A stretch of DNA of 64,000 nucleotides from Glaucostegus cemiculus (Eukaryota). This document shows, in pieces, positions 23,921-37,043 of this stretch. A model generated the notes under the pieces. The model ran no database searches, was not told where the DNA came from, and saw only the letters and a list, made by a program, of their open reading frames with translations. The translations under genes and the position numbers were made by a program. Location: contig CDPCPM010000037.1 in assembly GCA_976551045.1 (NCBI GenBank), forward strand, positions 17,360,001 through 17,424,000, read 5' to 3'. Each line of letters opens with the position of its first letter. Position 1 is the first letter of the stretch.

Positions 23921-24879
23921 CCTCACTGATGATATTTTTCTGCTGACTGCAGAATTCAGACAAATGCTTCATCGATCTAGTTTTCGTGTCAAGTGCATGA
24001 TGCAGTTTAATCTGCTAATTCAAACTATTATACAGTCAAAGATCTTTAAAATAGCTCCCTTCAGCCTAATGTTGTATGCACCATCCTAGTCTCCAGTATG
24101 GTCCTCCTTCTTGCCCCTTAACGCCCTTTACCACCATCAGCTGTAATTCCTTCAGTCACCTTGCCTCCATTCTATGGAGTTTCTTCACTGAATATCTCCA
24201 CCTCTTGCAACTTCTTAACTGTTGAAGGCTTCCTTAAGATGCTTCTATTAAAACAAGATTTCTTTTATTAAAAAAAACAATGCAATACAATTGAAAATTC
24301 ACATCTTTACAAAGAAAATTTGCATGATTGATCTATGCCAGGTTTATACTAGGTTGATATGCAAAAAATATCAAAAATCATTTATGCCAACCCTGAGTTA
24401 TGTTAGCCAAAATCTCACAGTTCCTCTTCCCCCATGCAGGAAGATGGATTACGTGCCATAATTTGGGTTTTCTTTCCAATTTCGGATAATTTTATCTCAG
24501 CTTTTACAATTTTCTTTGTAGCTATGGATACAAAATAAGATAATTTAATGTCTACTGCCACTTCTTGCAAGCCCTCTTTAGCCCTTCTTGACAGGCTGTT
24601 GATAGCCAGCCTAGATGAGTTGGATTTCATCTACTGAGTCATGGCAAAGACCAAAGCCAGCAACTTGGGCCTCTGTAACATAATCTATACCCTCATTGTT
24701 GATTTAACTGCCCTCCCAGCTGTCAGATGTTGAACCATTCCATTGCCAACCTCACTGCCCTAATTGGTTCAGAACAGAGAGTGATCCCATACACTTTGCC
24801 TCACAAAGACTAGCTCCAAAGTGGATCGCCTTTGAAAAAGGCCAGAGGCAAAGAGGATGACAGTATAATAATAAAACAC

Positions 24880-26040
24880 AATAATGGAGAAAATGAAAAG
24901 CTGAAATAGTAATAGGAAATACTGCAAATAAGCAGAACATCTCTGAAGAGAAAAACTGATTCAACATTTCAGGTTGATGACATTTCAGCAGAATTTGAAG
25001 CAATCACAGGCTTAACAATTTTTAAATCATGAACAGAGGTGAGGCTAGGGGAAGTGGGAAGGGGAAAAAAAAAGGACTGGTCAAAAGGCATTAGTGTTTA
25101 AAGAATTAAAGGAGTGATAATGGAAAAATAAGGATACCCAGAGGAGCTGCAGATGACAGCACAATCCCTACCAATGACATTGTGCAAATCCAGAAGTTTA
25201 CAATTCCTCAAGCTTAAGTGTTCACTAGAGTATTTTAAGAGGCTAAGAACAGAGTGATTAGGGAGTTGGAGAAAAGGTGACAAGAATAGAACCTTATCAT
25301 AGTTTTTGGTAGGGTGTGGATAAGAACTGTGGCAAGAAGTAGGGAAAATAGGATGGAATAGGTTGAGGAAACAGTAAGAACAGTGGAGGGTATTCCTTAA
25401 CTGAGGAAAAAGACAGTAAGGAAGTATTTGTGTGAAAGGGTTGCGTTTTCAAAACAAGTAATACAGAACCAGAGAAAGTGGAAGATTGGCAGGATGGAAG
25501 GAAGCCAAATCAATGTAGCCAAGGGAGTCAGTTGGCTTATATTGTTTGATAGATAATCCAACAGAAACATATGTCAGAGATGCATTGGAGATGGACCAAG
25601 TGAAGGTGAGGAAAGAGTGAAAACTGAAACACGAATTGATGAAATTTTCATTTTTGGGAAGAGAGCAGGAAGCACTGATATAGCAGTATATCCTAAAATT
25701 CAGAGGAGATGCAGTAGGGGGGGAAAAAAACATTCCAAGTGTCTGCAAAAAAAAATTAAATAGGTTTGTGTATTCTGCACATGGGTTTCCCTAGTACCAT
25801 CTTTTATTTGAAGGAAATGAATGGAATCAAAAAGTTGTTCAACTTGAGCTAGTTTAGCCAGAGAGGATGGTATTAGTCATTGGAAAATGGTTGGGTCTCA
25901 ATTCAAGAAGCATGAAGACTGAAAGTGGCGTCCTATTGGGAATGAAGGTGCAGTGGAGAAAATGAGACTGTTAAGAACAAAAAAACTGGAAACTTAAATC
26001 ACAAAATGCACAGGAAAAGTTAATGATCTAGGTCAAAAGA
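24880..26040 (-). mobile_element. Decayed Penelope-like retroelement (RT C-terminal part plus terminus)
   Basis: ORF 25449-25748 ENFINSCFSFHSFLTFTWSISNASL...YKPTDSLGYIDLASFHP resembles the PLE RT/thumb region and aligns by eye with 58150-58350. Confidence 0.7.
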
Positions 26041-27351
26041 AGAAAATAAATTTTAGTTACACAAGTCCATATAAGGAAGATATGCCAATGTCACAACAGA
26101 TTTAACCACACGTTATGATACAAGTCCATATCATGAGTGTATGTTATACAATTGCAAGTATCAGAACTAGTACACATTCAACATTACAAACTGCACAAAT
26201 ATATGTTAATGTTACATTCCATATATGGTGCTTTGGAAGTAATCAAACAGGAAAGAGAAAAGTCAATGATGACATCAAGTTTTCCTTCAATTATAACCTA
26301 TTTAGTCCCAAGTCTTTATCTCTATCAATACCAAGACAGATGTAGAGAGAAGTCAGAAATTTAGTATTTTGCACCTACGTTAAACTTGTCTTTTCTGGTT
26401 ACAGCACCCCTGATGTTTTGCAATTTCAACTGCTCCAAGCCCAAGTAATTTCAGATTGGGACAATATTGGTGTTGCATTAGGTTCACAGATAATTGACCC
26501 TAGTCACTTAAAGTGTCCTCAAAGAAAATAGAAATATTGATCTGATTCAATACTTTTGCATCAATTTTTGTACAATGATGTAAGCTGAAACAGATTAATT
26601 TAATGCTACATTTAATTTCAGCAAGGCATGCTGCCCAGAAATATTGATTGTAATGGAGTTTTGCAATAGTGTACACCCTTTCACTTCCCAAATATAATCA
26701 CTTTCCACAGCAGACCACCCTGGTCACTTCTCTCAGATTAAATCATGGTTAAGTTTTCAGATAAGAACCTTTGTTCACTTGGAACAGAATTAGGTCAGCT
26801 CAATCATTTTTGCTTGTACTCCTCAAAAGGGAAGAGAAGTTACCAACGAGTCTGATTAAAAAGCTAATATCCTGCATTCTTTTGAAAAGCAGTTGATATC
26901 ATTACATAGATAGGCACCCACTACCAGCACAATCATTCAAGCCGTGATAAACTCTACAATAGATTTCACCTCCAATATAGTTAGTCAGAGCAGTTAACTA
27001 TTGAACTTACTCATGGATACTCAGTTAACTGCCCAACAATGGACTTAACACTATAAACTAGGTGCCAGAGGGCATTAAAATAATACAATCACAATTTAAG
27101 ATTTGAGTGTGGTTTAAGGAGAACGGGAAAGTGCACAGATTGCAGCTAATATCGCAGAGGCAGAGAGATAGTCAATGTTTCAGGTTGAGATTCTACATTA
27201 ATCCTCCACAGATGCTGTCTGACCTGCCGAGTTTCTCCAACGGTTTGTCTGCTCGCTCAGCGATCACAGCATTTGCTGTCTTGTGTCTCCTTTTGTCTAA
27301 TATCGTCTTTGGAAAGACTTGGTGATGAAAATAGGTGTCGGAATTGCATCA

Positions 27352-27370
27352 TACTACCATCTAGTGGCCG
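27352..27370 (-). promoter_or_regulatory. Candidate CTCF binding site
   Basis: CGGCCACTAGATGGTAGTA fits the CCACYAGRKGGC core with one C>T; CpGs are locally retained at 27120-27372. Confidence 0.6.
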
Positions 27371-30300
27371 TCTTATGGCTGAGCTAGTTCCCTTAAAAAA
27401 AGGCAATCCCTTGTGAATGGGTTATTGCCCACAGATGAGCTCCATTACCTTACAGCCTCAAGACCAGTTTCGATTATTGTTATGGTTGAAATGATTTCTA
27501 ACCTTACTTGCTCATGCATGTGGCTTACCAATCATCTTCAATTGTGGGCTATGCCCGTTTCAGTCAATGAAGTCTGGATCTACATATTAATTCAGATCAC
27601 AGCAGATCACTTGCTGGAAATAACATTCTACCAGCAATTTTAAAGATTTATAACATTAAAGCACTTTGCATGACTGCAACAATATTCCAACTCTAGATGA
27701 GTTAGGAAGTAAAGATTTCAAGAACACAAATGTACAAGTCATCAAAGGAGATGACTCCCTTTAAAAGTGGCTGCTGTTCTCGTGGCCATTTCTGCCAAGG
27801 TGTGAAATAACACTTGTGAAATAAATACCAGTTAGAGTCTGAAGAATCCATACATTTACTGCCAATGCAAGAGTAACAGACAGCCCAAAGCCCTTATATC
27901 TTCTCTCCTTTGACATAGACAAGACTTCTTTATCAGTTAATTTTGGTGGCTTATAAACTGCACACATTTCATAAGATAATTAATTATAAATTGATTTGAG
28001 ATGGAGTGAACCCGAGGTCATACAGATGGTTATCTTGTTGGGAAATGTGTATCACAACTTATAGGGAATACTGCTCCAACATTAGATCATAAATTTCCAG
28101 TAATAAATTGTTCAGTATGACATGATATAAAAATCTCATAATGCTGCACACAAATAATGCATTTAAGAAGCACTAGATTACCAAATTATGCTTCAGACTT
28201 GGTGAGGTGCTATCTGCATCTGATGCAGACAAGCAATCTTTTGCATAGACTAAGGTCTAGGCATAACATATAAATGAATTTTGTCTGAAAAACAAATGCT
28301 AAATATGCTTTGATCTTCCACGTACATTACTGATAAACTTAATGTGGTCTTTGTGCCCACATGGATTACTGTTGAAAATTCATTCAGGGTCTTCTATGCA
28401 TTTCCCATGTAAACCCACAGAGCAGCCAGATATGCATAACATCAAACTTCTGATCACTCAGTGCCTACAAACACTATGACCCACACACACACCAAACTAA
28501 ACCTTGCTTGGAGAATTGAAAGCTGCTGCAGGATTGATTAAGGAGGTCACAGCCTTGACACCCAGGACAACTGTCTACTTACAGGTTGATCTTGCTACAA
28601 GCCCGCTGTAAATGCTTAGGTATTTTGAGACATTGTTAAGGTGTTCAGGCTCACTTCCCCTCACTCCAGACCCAACCCAACCCCACCGAATTTAGCTCTG
28701 AACTCCTCCCACCACCTAATCTCCTCCCCACCATCCAAACCAGTGTCAAACCACCAGATGCCCTGTCCCTTAATGATGCTCCTACCCAAGTTCCTCCCAA
28801 ACTCCAGGCCTGATCCTCAACCATTCCACACCCACCTCCCAATGTGATTTGGAGCATACATAAGTATCTCAAGCTCTCCACAATGGCATACACAGGTCAG
28901 TTTTACTGATCAAAACTCCTTCGACCTCAAGCACAGCCTCACACAAAAACTGGTAGCAGCATTTTACCAAACTATCTCTCGTACAGTATTTGCAAGAAAT
29001 TAATTTCATTGGTATTTATTACAAACTTCAGTTGCCCTGGACAGAATCTCTGTAAATGCTGTCATTTTTCAGCAAAACAATCATTGCAGCATTGTATGCT
29101 AACCACTGGTAAAGGGAACACTTGCATGAATTCTCCCAGTAAATAGGTAGCCAAGTAAAAAATGTTAACTCCGTTTCTTTCCCCACATATGCTGCTCAAC
29201 CTGTTGAGCATTTCCAATATTTTCTGTTTTGTACCAATTACTGTCACATTATATTTCTGCTTATAACTGCAATGTAAAGTTTTGGAAATACATTAGTTTG
29301 ACTTAACTGGCTTGGTGTATTAATTTCCCATCCAAAGACAGCTACTGCTTTCACTGCTCAAGAAAATAAAAAACATCAAGTCACTTGTTTAATTTGTATG
29401 TGCAAGTATTACAAATTCTATCTCTTGGTCCTTGCTTATCTTCTTCTAGATCCTTATCAGTACCAACTAATTTTAGTTGGTCTACTTGAAAGTTGATACA
29501 CTTTATTCCAGATTACTGACAGAAAAAAAACAATGGAAAGTTGATGCACTAGTTCATATATTACTCGTCAAATTAAAGAAAAAGTTGTTCTCTAATAGTG
29601 AGATCAAGTGACAGTTGCTAATTAATTTGGCTGCAAACCAGTCAATATTTTGCTATATGATTATCCTTGTAATATCGAGTGATAACCATCACAGGATTCA
29701 AAATCCAAAATAGAGAGATTGGAGCAACTGCAAATAACTCTCTTTATGTCCTACAGCAAAAGCAATAGATTTGGTATTTGACCACCTTCAAACCAATCAA
29801 TAATGCTAAAAACCCTAATTAGTTGCTAAGCCATGCAGGAAATCCTTTCTTTCAGTAATTATGATAATATTCTTTTAAAAAGAGATTGAATAGTCACACA
29901 TTTCCTGTGTCACAATTTTTGTCATTTTTGCCAATCATTACAAAGATGTTACTATGGGAACCCATATGGGCCAGACCTTTGCTTGAGTTTTTAAGTGAAC
30001 TCTATTTATTCCAGTCCCTCCCTGGTCTCATGCCTCTTTTTTTTTTAAACCAGTTAAAATTTAATTTAACCATTCAATATAAAGTACCCAAACTCCAACC
30101 AAAAGACCCAACAAACATTGGTCTTAAAAGCCCTTGTTTACCAATGCATGATAGGTAATTTGAATCAGTTAAAAATTACATTGCCTTCATTAAGAGGAAA
30201 AGTTAATGTACCTTACTGTGTATCATTAAACATTTGCATCCAGCATGCATACTGTTTTTCATACTTGTCTCACTAACTTTGTCATTTCCAGTAATTACAA

Positions 30301-30564
30301 TAAAGGTGTCAGTAGAGGAACCATAAGATACAAACCATGCCAGAGTTTTCATGGGGATACTCTCAGTCCTTCTCGGATCCCTTCCCTCATCTCTTTCACC
30401 AGAACACTGATGAGTGTTTCAGTGCTAATTCCATCTCTTGCCTCAAATCGGAAAGACTTGCCTAATACAGGCAAATGGGATTAGTGTAGATGGGTAACAA
30501 GGTTGGCACGGACATGGTGGGCTGAATGCCCCATTACTGAACTATACAACAATGACTCTATGAA

Positions 30565-31415
30565 AAGCTTCTTCAGCTTTGCTTCCCATTTCCACCATTC
30601 CCTCAGTTTCATGCCTCTGATTCTTCCTTTCTCATTCTCAACTTCTCTGCCTCAGTCTCTGGAGAGAAGGTTGTCAAATGAATAAACAACATCAGCCTAT
30701 ACTGACCCTCACATTTCCTCTCATTCTGACTCATGCAAGGACTCTATTAATTCCAGTTTCTCTGCTTTTGTGATATCCGTCCTGACAACATCACCATTTA
30801 CACTAGCACTTTCCCTATGTCAGTTTAGCTCTGCTCCAACTGACGGAGCCAGTGAATCTCTCCATTTCAGTTCCTGCACTTTTGCTTGTACCTCATCCCT
30901 TCCTTTCTAGAACCATGATAAGTCTCCTGATCAGCACTTTCCCCCCAGCCCCTAACACCAGACTCTCCATTCGACAAATCCTTACATATTTATTATGATG
31001 CCAAGACCAAACAATGTTGTTCTAGAAGCAATCCAACAGGACAATTCATCAGCCAATAACCTGGGTTATTGTTCAATCACATTCCACTTCCCAAGTCACC
31101 TGCCAATCCAAGCACATTTCCTTTCCTACCATCAGAGCTCCAATCACTATTTGATGTAGTTTTGCTGCTCCCAAACACAGTATATCAGGGAAATCCAACA
31201 AATATTCTGCAACTGCTTTGCAGGACAATTATTTACACCTGCAACTAAGAACCTGAGCTTGTAGTCAACTGTCACTTCAAATTTTCATCCCACCCCCATC
31301 TGCCTCAGCCTATCCCAATAATACTCAAAATAAATTTGAGGTATAAAATGCCAACTTTCAATTAAACACTGTACAGCATGCCAGGTTCAATTTCAACAAA
31401 TTTAGATCATGATTC
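30565..31415 (+). mobile_element. Decayed Penelope-like element fragment
   Basis: CCATTTCCACCATTCCCTC...TCATGCAAGGACTCTATT...CAGTTTCTC is similar to the RT/linker part of the 57160-59215 element. Confidence 0.55.
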
Positions 31416-31429
31416 TCAAATTCAAGAGA

Positions 31430-32370
31430 CATGATTTCCCATGCACAAAGCAATGCTAACTATCCCTAATCATTCCCTGCCGCCCCAAATGCAGGTGATC
31501 CTATCTCTCAAAATTCCCTCCAGTAACTTTCCCATCACTGACATTGGGCTCACTGACCTGCAGTTCCCGGCTTGTCCTTGCAGTTCTTCTTTGAAAAGAG
31601 GTAGAACATTAGCCACCCTCCAGCTTTCAGTACCTCACCCGTGGTTAACAATGATACAAATATCTCTGCCAGGGTCCCAGCAGTTTCATCCTTAGCTTCC
31701 CACAATGTCCTACGATATACTTGGTCAGGCCCCAGAGATTTAAACCACCTCTGTGTGCTTTAAGACCACCAGCACCTCCTCTTACGTGGATATGTTTCAA
31801 GACATCATTATTTTCTTCCCTGAATCCCCTAGCTTCCATAATCATCTCCACAATACATATAGATAGGAAGTATTTAAGACCTCATCCCTGTAGCTCCACA
31901 TAGATTATCAGATTGATCCTAAAGGGATCCTATTCTCTCCCTCGTTTCTCTTTTGCCCCTAATATTCTTATAGAATCTTTTAGATTCTATACCTTAACTG
32001 TCAAAGCTAGCTCATGTCCTCTTCTGCCCTCCTGATTTCCATCTTAAGTGTACTCCTACATCCCTTATACTCAAGGAATTCGCTTGATCCCAGCTGCTTA
32101 CACCTGACATATGCTGCCTCCTTTTTTCTGAGCAGAGCTCCAATATCCCTCATGAACCAGAATTCCCTAATCCTGCCAGCCTTGCCCTTCACCCTAATGG
32201 GAGCATGTTGGCCCCGAGCTCTCCCCATCTTGTCTCCCACTTGCCAGATGTCCCTTTACCCGCAAACTGCCTTTGCTATCAAAATTAGCTTTGTCCCAAT
32301 TTAGAACTTTAATTGTGAACCAGTCCCATCTTTTTCCATAACTATTTAAAAAAAGCAGAATAATGATCAC
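31430..32370 (-). mobile_element. Decayed CR1 LINE ORF2 middle region
   Basis: Minus-strand fragments KVLNWDKANF, PIRVKGKAGRIREFWFMRDI and TLKMEIRRA are CR1-type. Confidence 0.8.
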
Positions 32371-32635
32371 CAACAGAATCATTTCCAGACATTTTATGCT
32401 CACCTCCCTGAAGTTGAAGCTGGAATTTTCCAACTCAGGCAGAAGTGCTTGTAAATGCAACTCTTGAATGTGCTGCAAAAAAAACACCATTTCCTTCACC
32501 AAAACCATCAGTTCCAGTAGATATTCTCTCAGCCTTAAAATCTATCCTGAATCTCAGCTTGAAAGGCATCATTTTATAGTTGTCACCATGTAACCAACTA
32601 GGAAACATTAAAATCTTACAGCAAGTTGGGGAAAC

Positions 32636-32770
32636 GAGTTCTGATGCAGGGTTGTGAACACAAACAGCGAGAGTCCTGATGCAGGGTCTTGGCCTGAAAT
32701 GTCAACAATTCTTTTCCTCCAAGACTTTGCTCAACCTGCCGAGTTCCTTCAGAAGATTGTTTGCTGCTCT
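32636..32770 (+). mobile_element. Penelope-like terminus with tandem degenerate hammerhead motifs
   Basis: GAGTT-CTGATGC-AGGG (32636) and GAGTC-CTGATGC-AGGGTCTTGGCCT-GAAATGTC (32671-32703); core A9 is changed to C. Confidence 0.65.
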
Positions 32771-34029
32771 TACATTAAGTTATTAAAAGCATAATATTAA
32801 AGATATCCATTCCTTCCCCCCACCCCTAACAGCAAAGTTTCTGACTACATTGTCATTACCGCAAAAGCCATCGAGAGTTATACAGCACAGAAACGGGCCA
32901 CACAGCCCACACCAACCTTTTTGCCCATCTACACAAACCCTATTTGCCTGCACTAAGACCATATCCTTCCACATCTCTTAAAAATAGTAATTGTATCTAA
33001 TTCCACCACCTCCTCTGCCTTCCCATTCCAGATATCAACGATTTTCTGTCTAAAAAAAACTTTCCCGAGATAAACAGCAAGCAGAATGTTTTACTCAACA
33101 TTCTACAATTTATGTTCATTCTAAACATTCTAAAATCTCTATTACAAATCTTGGATGTGTTTGAATTTGCTTTCACTGAGTGTGCAAGTTACATCTACAA
33201 TTTACGATCTTATGTTTTGTACCAAAAATAAAAACTTTCCATTTAATAGACCAAATTCCACAAATACTAACAATTGGGGATGAAGTATAATACAATGGAA
33301 AGATACAAAAAAGTGGAAGTTTTATTGGCAAAACAAATGTTATATTTACCTATATTTATTTATATTGTTGGTGCAATTATTTAACTTCAGGTTTCAGAAC
33401 AGTTCAATTTTTATGAATATATTAGGTTGTATAATGCAAATCAAGCAAATACAGAGAAGAAAAATTAACTGAAAAATTAACTGGAAGAATTTGCATTTAT
33501 TTTGTATTCAATCTCATACCTTCACAATATCATTGAACTCTTAAGGTCACTAATACCCAGTAGTAAAGTGCAACTACACTGGTACTCCAGATAACATTAT
33601 CCCATAGAGCTGTGATTCACCATAGCACTCCTGGTCTTGGGAGTTCAAACACTTACAGGTTAGTTCTTTGAAAAATTGTGTGCTGTTGTGCCAATCTTCT
33701 ACTGCCCACAGGGGTCCAACAATGAAATGGCTATATCACCTTGCAGTTCAGTGTGCAGTGAATCACCAAAGCACTGAGAAGTTATTGGCTGGCTGAGGCA
33801 AACTGTATGGCCACTTAACATTTACATGTAGGGCTCAGGGGTGCAAACACCGGCCAGCACTGTCAGAATGGATTATTGCCAATGGACTAGCAATGGATGC
33901 TCCACAAGTTGACAGACCATCTGTAGCCTACATCATCACCACCTATTGGATGCAATGAAAGCCGTTTCTTCTCCCCAACTCTGCTTGGCTGCATAGCTCA
34001 CTCCAGTCCAGCAATGATTTTTGTTTTAC

Positions 34030-34720
34030 AGTTTCATTTTCAGGATCTGGGCATTGCTGCGCAGGCCAAGATGTTTTGCCCATCTTATTAAGAGGATGGC
34101 AAACCACCTTCCTGAACTACAGCAGTCCCTCTGAAGATACTCCCAGTGCTGTTGAGTTGGGAATTCCAAGATTTAGACCCAATGATGATGGACAGATGTA
34201 CTTCCAATTTAAGGTGGTGGGTGATTTGTAGGTTAATCTACAGATACTTATCCACTGCTAGTCTTTCTTGGTGGTAGAAGTAGCTGGTTTGAGAGGTGCT
34301 GCTGGAATAGCCCGGGCAAGTAACTTAGTGCACAGCAATTGTGTGCTGATCGTGGCGGCAAAGAATGTCTCAGGTGATTGATGGGATGCCAAATGAGCTG
34401 CTTTGTCAAGGACTGTGCCAAGTTTCTCGATAGTTGCTTGTGCTGCTTTCATCAAATTAATTGCAGAGTATTCCATCATGCTCCTGATTGAAGCCTCAAT
34501 GGTAGAAAGACTTTGGGCTTATCAGCAGCCAAGTCATTCAAGAGGATAACCAGTCCCTGACTTAATGCCACAGTCACAGAATATATAGGGCTCACTCAGT
34601 TGAGTTTCTGGTCAATGGTGACTCCCAGGATATTGATGATGGGAAACCAAGTGATGATAATGCCATTGAATGGCAAGGCTGATTGGTTGCTAACCACTTA
34701 GCTTGTTACCATATAGACAA
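34030..34720 (-). mobile_element. Decayed CR1/L2-group LINE 3' part
   Basis: ORF 34258-34479 MMEYSAINLMKAAQATIEKLGTVLDKAAHL (EY...W...LD..Q.KA.RL-type LINE motif). Confidence 0.7.
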
Positions 34721-35629
34721 ATCTCCAGGTAGGGGAAGAGTTGTAGTCATACAAAGAGGGAGAGACATCAGAATCCAATGCATCCAACAAGACACCTGCA
34801 GGACCTGGGCTATCATCACATGGAGCAGCAATTACTAAACCCCAGCAATGGCCTGCATTCACCTTATAGAGTTCAGCTTTAAACCTCATATTTCACTAAT
34901 TGTAGTGGCAACATCACTCACCCCAGCCAGCCCAAAACCATTCCTCACTGGGGCCACTGCACATTGTCTCAATAGCTTTACCTGTGTCCAGACGTAAGGT
35001 GATAAGATCACTTTAATGTTGCAGGAGAGCCAGCAGAGGGGTTTACCACATTTCTGGTACAGGAACTTGCAAGAGGTTTCCAGCAGAGTTAGTACAAATG
35101 TCTACAATGCTGTTATTCAGTACCAATTCCACTGGGGATGCATATCCATTGGAAAAAAGATCCATTTTTGTAAAAAACCAGAACAAAACAATTGAATTTC
35201 ATTACCCATTTTCAAAGTTTTCACTTATTCAAAACCAACCAGAAAATCTTGCTAGGCAATTCATTCTACCCAAAGTGCATCAACAAAATAATGAGATGAA
35301 CTTTTAAAAAATACTAGAAATATTCAGCCCTCAAGTGTGCCATGCAGCTCACAGAGCTTGCCAACTCAAAGACTGGACTCCATGCACTTATAATTCAAAC
35401 TGGCTGACTTCTTTTAATTAAAGTTTTGTAAACCTGGTGAATTGGAAAAAAAAACCTTTCATGTGCGAATACATCTTCAATCATGGAACCAAATTCTGTC
35501 AGTCACCTCATCTTCAGATATACATTTATATATTCATCCCATGACACGGCACAAGTACATTATCAGACAAAACTTAGCACCAAAGGAAACAATAAACTTG
35601 GTCAAAGAATAAGGCTTTAATGAGCTCCT

Positions 35630-37019
35630 GAAAAGAGAAAGGTGAATCTAATTTTAATCAGAGGGCTGTATTAACTAATTTTGGATTAAATATTTTTAAC
35701 TGAATGATGAGGAAGAAAAGAACAGCATTTCAATACACTGATCATTTCTAAACTATACATTCCATAACTATTCATCAAGGCTGTTCACCTTGAGGGTTAT
35801 TGCTGAACATAGTAAGGAGCTGAATAGTACTGTGCAGGTGGAATAATACCGACTGACCAACTCCACCACCATCCATCAATTGCAAAGTTCTTGACTGTTT
35901 TACATAGTTACTTGACATTTCTTTCAAGAGAAATTTACAAAACTTGAAGAATCAGAATTCAATGCAATTCATGCATAGTTATTCATTGCACATTTTTAAC
36001 AATACAGTATATCCAAACATGAATGGAAAGAAAGCTGAACATAATTGAATGAAGCCATGAAGAAGAAATCACTTGTGCTTGCTAAACAGATATTGTTTAT
36101 TAAGGCTTGTATTCTCCTAGAGGAAAGAAAATCAACCCAATGATGTTCATTTACCTTACAGGCAATATTCCATAGACATAACTAAAATTGTCTAAATAAG
36201 TCTAAATGATAGTTTATTTCTTTAAATTGAGGTCCATTTTTATAACTAAGTTAGAAGAGTTAATTGTTTGCTTCCTAATGATAGTAAAGTTCCTCTACAA
36301 TAAACACGTGCAAGTTTCTGTGAACTAAAGCAACAGGCATGAGCACCGTTTCATGCTTTATCCAGTCGGCAGCAATTTCAATGGTTCCCTCATTTCACAG
36401 ACAGTACAGCAAAGTACAGCTTTCGGACAGAAAAAAATCAAAATATTTTGTCTCGGAAGAATCAAGAGACGTTTGCATCAATTTATAATTTTTTTGACAC
36501 ATCAACCATCATTTCCACTATTTGCTCCTACATTAAAGCTCAGCTTTACAGAAGAAAAAATAAAATGGCCTTGGGATTTTCATGAAAGAATGCAAATTAA
36601 CAGCAGCTTGAAAAAAAAGCTCAAAGTTAACACACATCACCAAAAACTAGTAACGTTGAAAGCATCACATCATCCAAACTACAGAAGGCTGATGCAGTAA
36701 TATTTCCTATAAAAGGAGCACGAAGGGCTCATCTTCACAGGATTGCTAAACAAATGCAAGCTAAAGCTTCAGTGTAACAGAAGTTACCAGTGACTGCTAC
36801 AGCATTTAGGTGCAAAATTACAAACAAAATGCAGACCAGTCTGGGCAAAACAAAAAAAAATCAAAAAACAGAAGAGTATTAAAAACATGATATAGCTTAA
36901 TTCCCCTGCACAAAGATATCACTGGAGCAGAAAGCTTTGATATTTCATTCTGATGCTGGGATCACAGCACCAGGTTTTCAGTTTTTTTTTAATAATTCAT
37001 CAAGTCAAATGTTTTCTTA
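35630..37019 (-). other. YTHDF1: YTHDF1 3' UTR (extent inferred); candidate poly(A) signals AATAAA 36218-36213, AATAAA 36101-36096, ATTAAA 35658-35653
   Basis: Repeat-free U-rich sequence after the stop codon. The hexamers are seen on the minus strand; which one is used is unknown. Confidence 0.55.
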
Positions 37020-37043
37020 TCATTTGTTTCGATTCAGGCGCTC
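37020..37043 (-). CDS. YTHDF1: YTHDF1 coding exon 5 (ERLNRNK*)
   Basis: Acceptor CTTTTCTTTCTCTGCAG| then GAG CGC CTG AAT CGA AAC AAA TGA TAA; matches the YTHDF1 C-terminus (human ERQSRNKQ); phase 0. Confidence 0.95.
   Translation of the reverse strand, partial: ERLNRNK

Noticed and set aside
35630-37019. miR-124 target site in the YTHDF1 3' UTR
   Set aside because: No GTGCCTT or TGCCTTA seen on the mRNA strand by eye; only an offset 6-mer in the CDS near 48110.
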